Source: Epiperipatus broadwayi (taxonomy: Eukaryota > Animalia > Onychophora). From it: DNA of 64,000 bases. Location of the stretch: assembly GCA_028023455.1 (NCBI GenBank), contig JAQFVV010000003.1:6696001-6760000 (forward strand). The letters run 5' to 3'. Each line of letters begins with the position of its first letter. Position 1 is the first letter of the stretch. The notes beneath the pieces were generated by a model. That model did not search any database. It was not told the DNA's origin and saw only the letters and a program-made list of their open reading frames with translations. Both the position numbers and the translations under genes were made by a program. Shown here one piece after another: positions 52,980 through 64,000 of this stretch.

Positions 52980-54130
52980 AATTTTAATATATAAGTTAAT
53001 TCCTCTCTTTGCAACAAGCTTCTGTGAGGAAGGAAGGTAGTTTTCATATCTCGTAAGAAGCTTAGCCAACCATCTACTCAAAATAGATTGGGACTTCATA
53101 ACTTTGAAACCTTTATAATTCAGATGACAGTTAATCTACTTGCCTCTACTCTTAGTTGATTCAGCAAACTTCAATGTCTAATTCTGATAACACCTACTGA
53201 AAAGCCCTCACCAACATCTGGTTAACTTGCATTTCTTATTAAATCAGTACAAAGTATAGACATTGAAATACCTCTACAACCTGTTGGTAAATACATCTAC
53301 TGGCAAATACACAGTTTTCTATACACCCAACACTCTTTCTGTTCTAAATTCCCCAAATGTTAGCGATCAACAGTAAACAACTATTATGCAAATTCCAGAG
53401 ATGGTTACTTGAGCCAAAATTATTTGATTTTCTAAACTGACTTAATCTGAATATCTTACCTACCTCGTACTTTGTCAGATATCAATGATTGTACAAACAC
53501 ATCAATCCATTCTGTGAACTGTGCCATGCAAATGAAGAAACACAAGGACATATTTTCTACTTAAGTCAAGCCTTGAACAAAATTTGCGATCGAATATTAA
53601 ATACATATAGGCAACCAAAACTCTCAATTTAGGAATAACAAGTTCATATCAAAAGTCTACTACACCCACAGCCTGGATTAAGGAATTTATACTATTTTTA
53701 TTTTGGCATACTTGATGTACATTTATTCTAGGAAATAATACCAGATGACATCCATCAACATTTATAAACAAACTTAAGTAACTTAATGATAGGGATTCCA
53801 GTATTGCTCCTCCAGACATACATGCATAACTTGGTCTCTTCTCAAGCAACCAGTGAGACTATAATTTAAAACAGTATAAGCAACTGCCCAGCAGTTGATG
53901 TTATCAGTTTTTATATATTAAACTATGCTCCAGAAATCTGAAGATAGAAATTAAGTTTTTTACAGATATATTAATAATTTAAAAACTTTGATACTTAAAT
54001 ATAAATTATAAATGATTGATGTAACTAAATATTGAACAATTTACACCCAAGAAAGAAAAAAAAAGATTGCCACTGTAACCCTTGCAATCAAACTTTTGTA
54101 ATTTTTGTAAACAAAGTTTATTAAAATTAT
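52980..54130 (+). mobile_element. 3' fragment of L1/Tx1-like LINE
   Basis: LL*GRKVVFISRKKLSQPSTQNRLGLHTL ... PKLFDFLN*LNLNILPTSY ... FCELCHANEETQGHIF parallels the other three copies. Confidence 0.75.
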
Positions 54131-54774
54131 TGTTGTTGAAACATAATATAAAAAGTTAAGAAAAGATAATTTTATACATTGTTTACAAACATCTTTATAT
54201 CAAATGAATTAATTTTAAAAATAAAATCAATCAATAAAAAAACACAAATTTTCTGTTTTTATATTCAGTGGCATCTTATCACTGAAGTATATAGAAATGA
54301 TGACCTTTAAAATTATTTTAAGTTGCTTTGGCAAGACATTTACAAGTAGTAGTAATAGCAGTAAGTAGTTAAAAATATTGCAGACCATTGATGGATACTT
54401 GATATTAACAGATTTGGATAGTTTTGAAAATTTATTTAAAAATAAAATCCATTCTTCATGTTTATTTATTAAAAATCAATGTTGTTTTTTTTTTTTTACA
54501 AAACTCTTTTACAGAAAATATTATTTACACATCTTCAACTTATCAGGTTTAAGCTTAATTTGTTATTAATCAGTAATCTCATAAGTATGAATGTGTTTAT
54601 AAACTTGTATACACTTAAATAATTTTTCCACTAACAAACTTTGTATATTTTAATTTTACAATGCAATTTTATTGCATAACACTGATTAACTTCAGAAGCC
54701 CTACATACCTTTGCTATTACAATTATTTTAAATTTTTTTCAAAAAAGCAATGGAAAAATATTTTTTATTTTTTC

Positions 54775-54838
54775 CGCCGCCCCCCCCCCCCCCCCCCCCC
54801 CCCCCCTTCTTCTCCCGCGCCCCCCCCCCCCCGCCAGG
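54775..54838. repeat. Poly-C/GC-rich tract
   Basis: CCGCCG C(~27) TTCTTCTCCCGCG C(~12) GCCAGG within AT-rich surroundings. Confidence 0.9.
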
Positions 54839-54971
54839 CAAGATTATATAATAAAAATGTAAATTTACAATTATCAATAACAACCAAACAATGTTAAAAA
54901 TAATTCCAACTCACTCATTTTTTCCAATCATAAATATTAAAACATTAAATTGTCACTAATCTAGAAAATAG

Positions 54972-55057
54972 ATAGGGATTTTATGCACAAACCTTTCTGC
55001 ATCCATTGATTAATCTGGCTTGCACTGAGTGACGCTACTATTTGGAGAGTTTTGTCT
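54972..55057 (+). mobile_element. Family-2 terminal fragment in the opposite orientation
   Basis: Its reverse complement GACAAAACTCTCCAAATAGTAGCGTCACTCAGTGCAAGCCAGATTAATCAATGGATGCAGAAAGGTTTGTGCATAAAATCCCT matches the left parts of the 21.7- and 57.2-kb copies. Confidence 0.8.
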
Positions 55058-55712
55058 CTTTAAAAATTACTTTATATATATTAAAATGATGTGTCATTAA
55101 AATCTAATAAAATACAAATCAATGACTAATTTTTAATTAAAATAAATTGTTTATTTTCATATTAAGTTTTAAATCCTTATTTATGGTCAAAAATAAATTT
55201 GTTGAATTGCAGAAAAGGCTCTTTTTAAAAATAAAAAAAAAACAGAAGAGTATTCTGTTTTTGCTATATATTGTAATTGAAATTAGAAATTATTTACCGG
55301 AAAACTGGTTTTTATTTCTGATCATATTATGTATTAATATAGTAAACATTCTACTGCAGTTTCTATTTTTCATTATAATAATAAATGCTATTCAAATTAA
55401 TTGCAAAATGTAGAAAGCATATTAAAAAAAAAAAGATCATAGATTAAATTATCTAGTTTAATATAAGCAAGTTTTTATCTCTCAATATTTATATTTAGCA
55501 AAGCAAGCATTATATGACTTTCTCTAACTACTTCAATATCTGCATTAAGAATATTGAATTAGATTTTTTTTAAAAAAAAAAAAAAAAAAATCACGTGCTT
55601 TTACTATAAAAAGCAGTCAAGTACATTTATATTCTATTTATTAAAAATATGGACAAATTATATAAGTAGAAATAAGATTTACAATGCTCTCCAATACCAA
55701 TAATTAAAATTT

Positions 55713-55966
55713 TACCATATAATACTAAATTGTCCAAGCACTTTACTACTGTTACACAATACTTTATCATCCTTTTTTAGTTTACAGTTTCGATTGCCCC
55801 AGCAATCTTCTTCAGAACTTTATATCTCCTAACCTCAACTGTTACAATCCTCCAAATGTATACCATATAATATTACATTGTCCAAGCACTTTACTACTGT
55901 TACACAATGCTTTATTTACCATCCTTTCTTACAGTTTCAGTTTCAATTGACCCAGCAATCTTCTTC
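55713..55966. repeat. Direct duplication, 148-bp period
   Basis: TACCATATAAT...TTGTCCAAGCACTTTACTACTGTTACACAAT...CAGCAATCTTCTTC starts at 55713 and 55861. Confidence 0.9.
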
Positions 55967-57234
55967 TTTCATTTTGGCAATGCAATAAGAAAGAGTAGTT
56001 ATTATACTTCTTGAAGAATTAAATTCTTATTTTGTCACTTTTAAAAAATATGTACTGACAACCCACCAGATAGAAAATAAAAACAAAAAGGGAAATCAGC
56101 TAATGCGCAGTTTTGCTTATGCAAAGTTATAAACAATTTAATCTTTTTATTCATTTATTATTGAAATGGGAATTGAATGCTCTAAAAAGACATAATATAC
56201 TATAATATAATATATAATTTAAGTGTATAGTTTGGTTAAAGAAATCTAATTTATAATTGTAATAAATCATTGCAAGCTGTAAATTATATATTCATTCTAA
56301 AATAGAAGAACAAAATAGATGTTGGAAAGTATTAGATGATTTGGTTTACTAGATGAAATTGGTTTAATAAAAAGACATCATGGGAGACATTTGTATTTTC
56401 CCTGACTTTGTAACTGGGTTTAATAAGTAATGTTAGTGTCTAAGATGTTTATGAAATATAATTATGATCAGTAGTACATATGGAAGACCACTCTTTTCAT
56501 TGCATTATTCTTCATGATAGTTCATGTCTTTACAATGACAGTATACTAAGATTTAAAAAATCAAGAAATGCTAAAGTTCTCAATACTTACTGATAAACAG
56601 TCTTTGTTTAAAATAAACAATATTTTACATCTGAAAACTCTTAAAAACCGAATACACTTCCAAACAATCATTGAAAACAAGTGTGATTAAGGTCAATCCA
56701 AATTATATTGCTAATAATTTTATATATCACATTAACCCTTATATCAATTGAGATTCAAATGTTAATGTGAACTAGGTGTACAAACAAATTTTACGATAAA
56801 AAATTGTACAAGTCGCAAATGTAATCACTATATTATATATATTAAACACAAAACAGAAATCTTAACTAACATTTGATGATTAATATTCCTTTATTTTAAA
56901 ATTAGTGATTGCAGCATATCAATTAATAGCAAATAATTATACTTAAATAATAAGTGTAGAATTGTATAATTTACCTTTTTATTTTTTCCTAAGATCAAAC
57001 TTCACTCTAAAGGATCTAATTTTCATGGAGTAAACTTTTTTTAATATCTGAAAAGTAAAATGTTGCAAACATTAATAATAGAAATATCCAATCATAAAAC
57101 AAAATTAATGATACAATTCACTTTATTTTGAATTATATATTTTTCCAAATGTCTACAACCATATGTTGAAGTTTTTAAAACAATATATATATATACTACA
57201 TTGTAAATTAGCTTAGCCATTAATTGCTTTGCAC

Positions 57235-57430
57235 TACATATAATCTAGGCAAAACTCTCCAAACAGTAGTGCCACCCTGTGCCAACCAGAGTAATCAATG
57301 GATGCCAGAAGGCTTGTGCATAAAATCCCTGGTTGGCACAGGATGGCACTACTGTATTGATAGTTTTGCCTTGCTTATAAATAATTATGTGCTAGTATAA
57401 GAGATGCTGATCATGTGATACGTATAATCT
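57235..57430. mobile_element. Family-2 copy with internal inverted duplication replacing the HHR; 12-bp TSD
   Basis: TACATATAATCT (57235-57246) and TACGTATAATCT (57419-57430) flank the element. Its termini AGGCAAAACTC and TGATCATGTGA are the same as at 21.7 kb; 43-bp arms lie at 57247-57289 and 57329-57371. Confidence 0.8.
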
Positions 57431-59808
57431 ATAGTGAATATTGATGGTGGTGTGTTTGTTATTTACTTCTATACATATTAAAAAATTTTCTTCACAAGTA
57501 TCTTACTTTCCACAAGCACTTGTTCATAACAATTGTCTTTTAATAAATAAATAAAAGATTGTCAATTATTATTTATTAATTGTATTTTGTTTAATTTCAG
57601 ATAATAAAGTTCAAATATATTTATATATTTCTTTAGATGACATCCTTCATCTTATAACCAATTGTTCCTTTCTATTCATATACATAAACTTAGGTTTTAG
57701 AAATTGTAATTAATATTGCACACTTGCATTTCAATGTGTGATTTGTCTTAACTGAACAGACCAGATTAGGTTCAAATTCATCTTACAAGTCATTAGCATA
57801 TTTCTCCAATGATCTACAACCATATTTCTGAAATGTAAGAATGCATTTTCTACTTACATATGTATTGTATGTTAGCATATGTATGCATATTAATAGTATA
57901 AAAACATTGTGTATTTTATGATAAACTTTAAAAACCAGAGATTATTAAAGTGTATAATAGGCTATAAAAAAGAGTGAAAAGTCTCATGGTGTAGTTGATA
58001 CCCTGACTACAATATAAGTTTTGAGTTTTAGAGATAGGTGGACTCTAAATAGTTTTTTAGACCTCAAGCAGGTTTAGGATTATCTTTCAAGTAATTTTGT
58101 CAACCAGAGTGATAAATGGATTTTAGCTATTATTTTCTAATTAAAGGATAATGGCTCCAGATTCATTTGAGTTTGTTAAATAAGTATCAATATATTTACT
58201 GTAGTGATAAAGCCATTAACAGACATTATGAAGATGATTGTTATTTAATACTGCATATAAATGGGAAAATGCAAATAGCCTTAAATATTTCTCTGTAGAA
58301 CAACAACTTGTGAATATTAATCTAGTGATCATAAAATCAACTGTTTGAAATGAAAAAATTGATAGGTACCACTGTCATACCCATAAATAAGGATTTATAT
58401 TTGATGCAGCTTTGAAATTTTTTCAGAGTCTGCTCTTAGCCATTCCAGAAAGAGAGTAAAAAAATGTCATTTCCAAAAGTTGACTAGGCTGGTCTTTTAC
58501 TCCACTTTGCCTCTATAATGAAATATGGAGGAATCTTCATTTTGCAATAAAGTATTCAAAGCTGACTTACATTTTACCTTTATATAAGATGACAAATCAA
58601 TAATCATTTGCATTAAATAACTTACAGCAGACATTAAGAAATTATTAAAGAAAATCTAGAACTAGATTAATAAGAATTACTGCCAGATGCAGATTCACTG
58701 AATAAATAAATATTGGTACTTAAAAAAGTAACAAAATAAAGAATTTCTTTTCCAAGTTTTATTGATGAGCTCTGACTATAAAAAAAAGTCTACATTGAGA
58801 ACTTTATACTGTAACTTGCAAACACCCATATATATGTCATGAGTGAAATTTGAAAAAAAATGTTTATTGGGACACATTTTTGATGCAAGTTTTTAAAAAG
58901 ACTTTAATCAGCCTACAGAAAAATGTTCCATAAAAGTGACCATCTAACAGTCTGATGCAGTTTCATTCTTCTGTTTCAGAGCTAAAGTGTTCTGAGAGCT
59001 AATAGCTTATGACCATTTCTAAAATAATAAGTGATAGTGTATGAACTTTATAAACTTTAACACCCCACTATGAAACAAAAGATTCTCCAGCACTCAATCA
59101 CAAATACTGAAGGATAAAAAATACATATTATTCAACAGGTTAAAACTGTTTTCTGTTGTTTTTTAACATTCTCCTTTTTTAATTTTATTTCCCAACTAGA
59201 AAGAATTAGATACTTTGTTTTTAGCTTAGTACTAGTGAGATAATGATGCTTCTCTTCTAACTTCAGAAGTGATAATGTTTGCACTGAATAAACAACTAAT
59301 TCTTACTCATCACATGTATTTCTGTAGTTAAAAAGGTGTTATTATTATAAATTAATGTAAGATAAAATGAATGCAGTATATGTGAACATTTATGGTTGTT
59401 TATGGGTAAGTTATCTAAATATAACATCTTGAGCTTCACTGAGAACTTTCTTTTATCTAAAATATTTCAAATCCACTCAAACCATTGATTTCAGATCAGC
59501 ATAAAGGAGTGATAAATTAATCAGTAACCATATATATATATGTGTGTGTGGGGGGTGTGTGGGTGTGCTTGCATATTAACATAAATTAATTCATGAATAA
59601 AAAATTCCTTCTTTTAGATTTTCCCTGAATATTAAAAAAGGCAAGAAATTAACATGATAAATGAATTTTGATCATTATATTTGACACCTTGAATAGTCAC
59701 AAAAAATTATGATATCCACATACTAATCTTTTTCCTTGTGATAAGTTTTTTGCTTATTCTTATTTATAAAAAAGCTAAAAGAATATTTGATATATATATA
59801 TAATTAAA

Positions 59809-60420
59809 ATTACCCCTAATTCACAACTAAACCAGACTAGCTAAGAAAATAAACTCTAAAACACTACCAATGGTTTTCCTGCTACAAGAAGATTTCTCAA
59901 GTGTAAAGAACTACAAAATAACATATTTAACTGAACACTACCCACAATTCCACTTATTTCCCATACACTCTTAATATTAAAAGAACTTTTAAATAAGTTA
60001 ACTGCTTCAGTCAGAATCATACATTTTTAATAGTAAAGATTTTTTTAATTCTCCTTTTTATTTCATTTCTCTTAAAGAAGACAACCTTAGCTTCTTCAAA
60101 ATTAATAGTGTGGCCATGAAAAAGATTAAGATCACACTATTAATTTTGATGAAGATATGGTTGTCTTCTTTGAGAAAAATGAAATAAAAAGAAGGAATTT
60201 TTATTATTAAAAATTTATGATTCTGAAGCAGTTAACTTATTTAAAAGTTCTTTTAATATTAAAGGTATATGGAAAGTGGAATTGTGGGTAATGTTTTAGC
60301 TTAAACATGTTATTTTGTAGTCCTTTACACTAGAAGTCTGCTTGTAGCAGGGAAACCATTGATAGTGTTTTAGAGTTTATTTTCTTGGCTAGTCTGCTTT
60401 AGTTGTGAATTTGGGGTAAT
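59809..60420. repeat. Large fold-back element, ~300-bp arms, 20-nt loop
   Basis: ATTACCCCTAATTCACAACTAAA...ATTAATAGTGTG (59809-60112) pairs with CACACTATTAAT...TTTAGTTGTGAATTTGGGGTAAT (60133-60420), with scattered mismatches and indels. Confidence 0.92.
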
Positions 60421-61029
60421 TCTGATTATTTATTGACTAGTTTAACTTTATGCTTTTATTATTCTATATATACACAAAACCATAGTGAGTGGTATGATGC
60501 CCTAGGCTAGTCAAATGTTTTGCACCCTTTCTTCTTCCATTATCAAATAATCAATGATTAGTTCCCAAACACAACAAGTTAGTGACTGCTGTATGTCCTC
60601 TAATAAAATAAACTTTAAATAAAATTCAAAAGGGTTGGAATAAGACCAATATTTCATGTGAACACATTATCCTGCCCTTGCTCCAATTAATCAGTACACT
60701 AGATTTGCCTATCCTATCATCATGGCTCTGTATATAAAAACATCTAATTAATTAACATAAATTTGAATACTCCCCCTCATCACTATCAACCACACACAGC
60801 TATGAGTATGAAGCAATGGAGCTTTGAAAGCGCTAAGCTTTAAATAAATTATTAATAAATATAACTTCTTTAACGAGCGTTAAAAGCGCATAATTATTGA
60901 TATTATAAAAACAGTTTGTAATTTCATTATTTATTTTAATATGTTAATAGATTATATTGATTATAATTATTTTTCATATGCGTAGATAGTTTATTTAATG
61001 TTGTTATCAAAAACAGATTATTTAACTAT

Positions 61030-63470
61030 GTATACAACAAAAGAAAAAAAATAGCAAAAACTCATTCCTCCAGAGAGGAATGTCCAACATTAACAAGATT
61101 CCATGTCAATGCACCACAAAGTGAGGAGCTAACTTCAAATCTCTCTCTTTGATTTCTTTTAATTTTTGTAGAAAAATTAATTTTTGATCAGGCAAAACTG
61201 ACTTGAAGATTAAAATGCATCTGACAAACCATAGACAAAAAGTAATGAAAATGGCACTTCTTATAGTTGCAAAATTCCCAGAGGCAATACCTTCTATGAG
61301 TGTGTTGATAATTGGATATTTTGGTATGTAAATTTGATTAATCAATATTCTATAGTCCTGAAGAGATGAACAATTGTTGAAAATGTGAAATATGGTATCA
61401 TCCTCCCTATGGCAGAGTGAGCACCCAGGGTCCAAAGATCAAAAACCTCTGTACATCACAAGAAAATGTCTTGTGGGAAGGGCATTGATATTTAACTTTA
61501 GAAGGAAGTCCAAATATTTTGGCTCTAGATTCCATCTTTTATATTTCTTTATAATGGCAAAGTTTGTACAGGTGAGAATGTTAGGATCTGGGATAATTGG
61601 TGAAAACAAAAGAAGATAGGCATCCCAATAACAAAGTTTTGTTGGTTTTATTAGAGTTAAAGGTGTGAGAATTTTTGCAATGTCAATTAAGACTTGTGTC
61701 AGCCAACCATCATTAATTGGAGATGGTGTATCTGTAGGATGAATATATAGAAAAGGTGAGTCATCAGGAAAAATTCCATTAAGTCTTATAATGAGGTTAT
61801 TTGATTTCTATAGATAAAGAACCTGAAGTGAGTGCATTGACAAACCATTAAGTTTTGTTGGTCTCTGAACTCTTCTTAAGCTAATAACAACAGTTTTACC
61901 CTTCCACATTAGTCTAAAACAAAGAGAGTTTATATTCTTGATAAATTTTGATGAGAATTTAATGAATGGCATATAGTAAGAAATTCTGGGGAACAATAAC
62001 ATGTTGAGAAGGACTGCTTTTGCAAATAATGAAGTATAAACTTTTGAAAGAGCATCAATTATTTTCCTTGCAGAATTCATGATGGTGTTTTCTATTAATT
62101 TCCTCATTGCTGCATGAGAGAGACTCATTGCTAAGCCCAAAAATTTTTGTGGCATCGCTGTGAAAAGGGATGGAATTGATTTTCCAGATGAAAGCCTCCA
62201 TACAGCAAATTTTCTAAGGTTAAATGCAAGACCTGACTCTATGGTGAAATTGTCCTTAATTTGAATCAGTTTCAGGATGAACTTTCTAGATGGTAAGAAG
62301 ACTGCCACATCATCCATGTAGGATATGTGCTGAATGGATTTATTGATACCAGGAATGTACAATCCAGGAAGATTCATCTCTAATGATTTAAGGAATGGAT
62401 TTATATAAAGAATGAAGAACAGGGGACTAAGAGGAAAGCCCTGTGGAATTGACTTGGTAGGTGTAAATGAGTTTGAAATTTTACCATTTAGTGAAATGGC
62501 AATATGTCTGTTGAATAGAAGGTTAGTAATGATATTAATTATACCTGTAGGAATGTTCAGACCACTTAGGAGATGTATTAGGTGAGGAATTCTGACTGAA
62601 TTGAAAGCAGCTGAAATATAAAGTTGAACAACTACTGGCTTTGACTTTTTATTTTTTTTGTATAATCCGTAATTAACCTGAATAAACAGAGAGCCTCAGC
62701 TATGGAATTACCTTTCTTTGCAAATTGAAAAGTAGAGATAAAGGGCAGAATGAGATTTTGAATTTTATCTTTGATGATTGCTTCAATCAGTTTAATAATC
62801 AACAGAGTCATTGAGATAGGTCTAAGGTTCTCCAGAGGTGATGGGATAATAGCACTCTTAAGAAATGGGACCATCACAATGGGATAGAGTTGATCAATTG
62901 TAAGGGGACCTGAGGCAAGTAGATCAATCATTCTACTCACTATTGGGACTGTGAAGGCTTCAAGATGTTTGAACAGGAATATTGATATTCCATGGAACCA
63001 GGGTGAATTCTATCAGGCATGGATGATAGTTTAGCTCTAATATCATCATTACATATACCATGAATTGTCTCACAAGAATATATAGATGTGTCAAGTACCA
63101 AATTCTGTGAAACATCTACTAGCTTGCATTTATAATGATTTAAAATTTGTAAAATCATGCCATTACCCGAGAAGATTATATTATTGATTGCTGAAAGAAT
63201 TTTAGACTTACTTTGGAAACCCAAAGCCCATCTTATATATCCCCTTAAGAAGTTATGAGGTTTAGAGAGGAAAAACCTAGCCTTTTTAGCAGCCAGGTAG
63301 TCTATTAGGATTTGGTGTGTCTCTACATATTGTTGCTTCAGGTCAATAATAACCTGTACAGATCCTGGTGTTGGGGGGATATTTTTCAATGTTGTAATTA
63401 AATTATCTGCTTTCTTGAGTAACCCAATCGGCCCTTTATTCTTTCTAGGGTAATGAGAAATCAAAGAACT
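61030..63470 (-). mobile_element. 5'-truncated L1/Tx1-like LINE ORF2 (RT + Cys/His finger), same family as the 32.7-kb copy
   Basis: ENLRPISMTLLIIKLIEAIIKDKI, QFAKKG, PQGFPLSPLFF, SYMDD, RPTKLNGLS and CSLCHREDDTIFHIFNNC are present, broken by stops and frameshifts. Confidence 0.92.
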
Positions 63471-64000
63471 AAGAATATTTATAAATGCAAACCAAGATTC
63501 AGCCAGTGGAAGAGCTAGTATGTCTATTTTCTGGTTTTAAACAGTTTGTAATTGTTGAAGGAAAATATACAGATTTATAACAAAAAAAAAATATTAGAAT
63601 GGTTTTAAAATCTTACATTTTATGGATTTCTTTTTTTAGTTTTCAAACCAAGTGCTAAACAGTAAGTTATATATTGTTAGGAAATAACCACAAGCAAATA
63701 AAACACCATTCTTGAAAATTGTACTTTTATATACTTTATTTTAATCTGAAATCAATATTTTTATAAAAGAATGTAAAAAAATAAAATGAAAATAGATTTT
63801 AACTATTAGCATTTTTTCTAAAGAAAAAAAAGATAAAAAAAAGAACCATATGCTAACATTTTAGAAACGAAGTGTATTCCATTTATTTGCTTATATTATG
63901 TAATCGTACTTATAAAATTTTATTTATATGAGAATAGAGTAAATTAGGGTTCACTGTGTCTTCTTTATATTTTCAGAAAGTAATCTAATTAATTTAAAAA

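Noticed and set aside
54661-54897. ORF with a poly-Pro tract
   Set aside because: Arises from the poly-C tract; the flanks are low-complexity AT-rich sequence.

Overview
AT-rich eukaryotic, probably invertebrate animal, nuclear DNA. I recognise no intact protein-coding host gene; the window is dominated by decayed mobile DNA. It holds four fragments of an L1/Tx1-like LINE (APE endonuclease, RT, C-terminal Cys/His finger), a Penelope-like fragment (RT C-terminus plus GIY-YIG), remnants of piggyBac, hAT, RTE and possibly Merlin elements, micro- and minisatellites, and about ten short-loop fold-back hairpins. The main result is a set of non-coding repeats carrying type I hammerhead ribozyme (HHR) folds. 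(i) A ~420-bp, five-unit array at 41.2-43.1 kb with an internal inversion carries one HHR motif per unit with a non-canonical CUGAGGU core. (ii) A family linking a canonical HHR to a Pol III B-box-like motif occurs at 9.3 and 25.0 kb. (iii) A ~200-bp tailless family with 12-15-bp target-site duplications occurs at 13.7, 21.7, 55.0 and 57.2 kb. A degenerate HHR-like motif also lies ~140 bp past the Penelope ORF stop. Together these look like a retrozyme-type system possibly mobilised by Penelope-like elements; that link is inference. All alignments and folds were done by eye, so boundaries are approximate unless anchored on a quoted motif.
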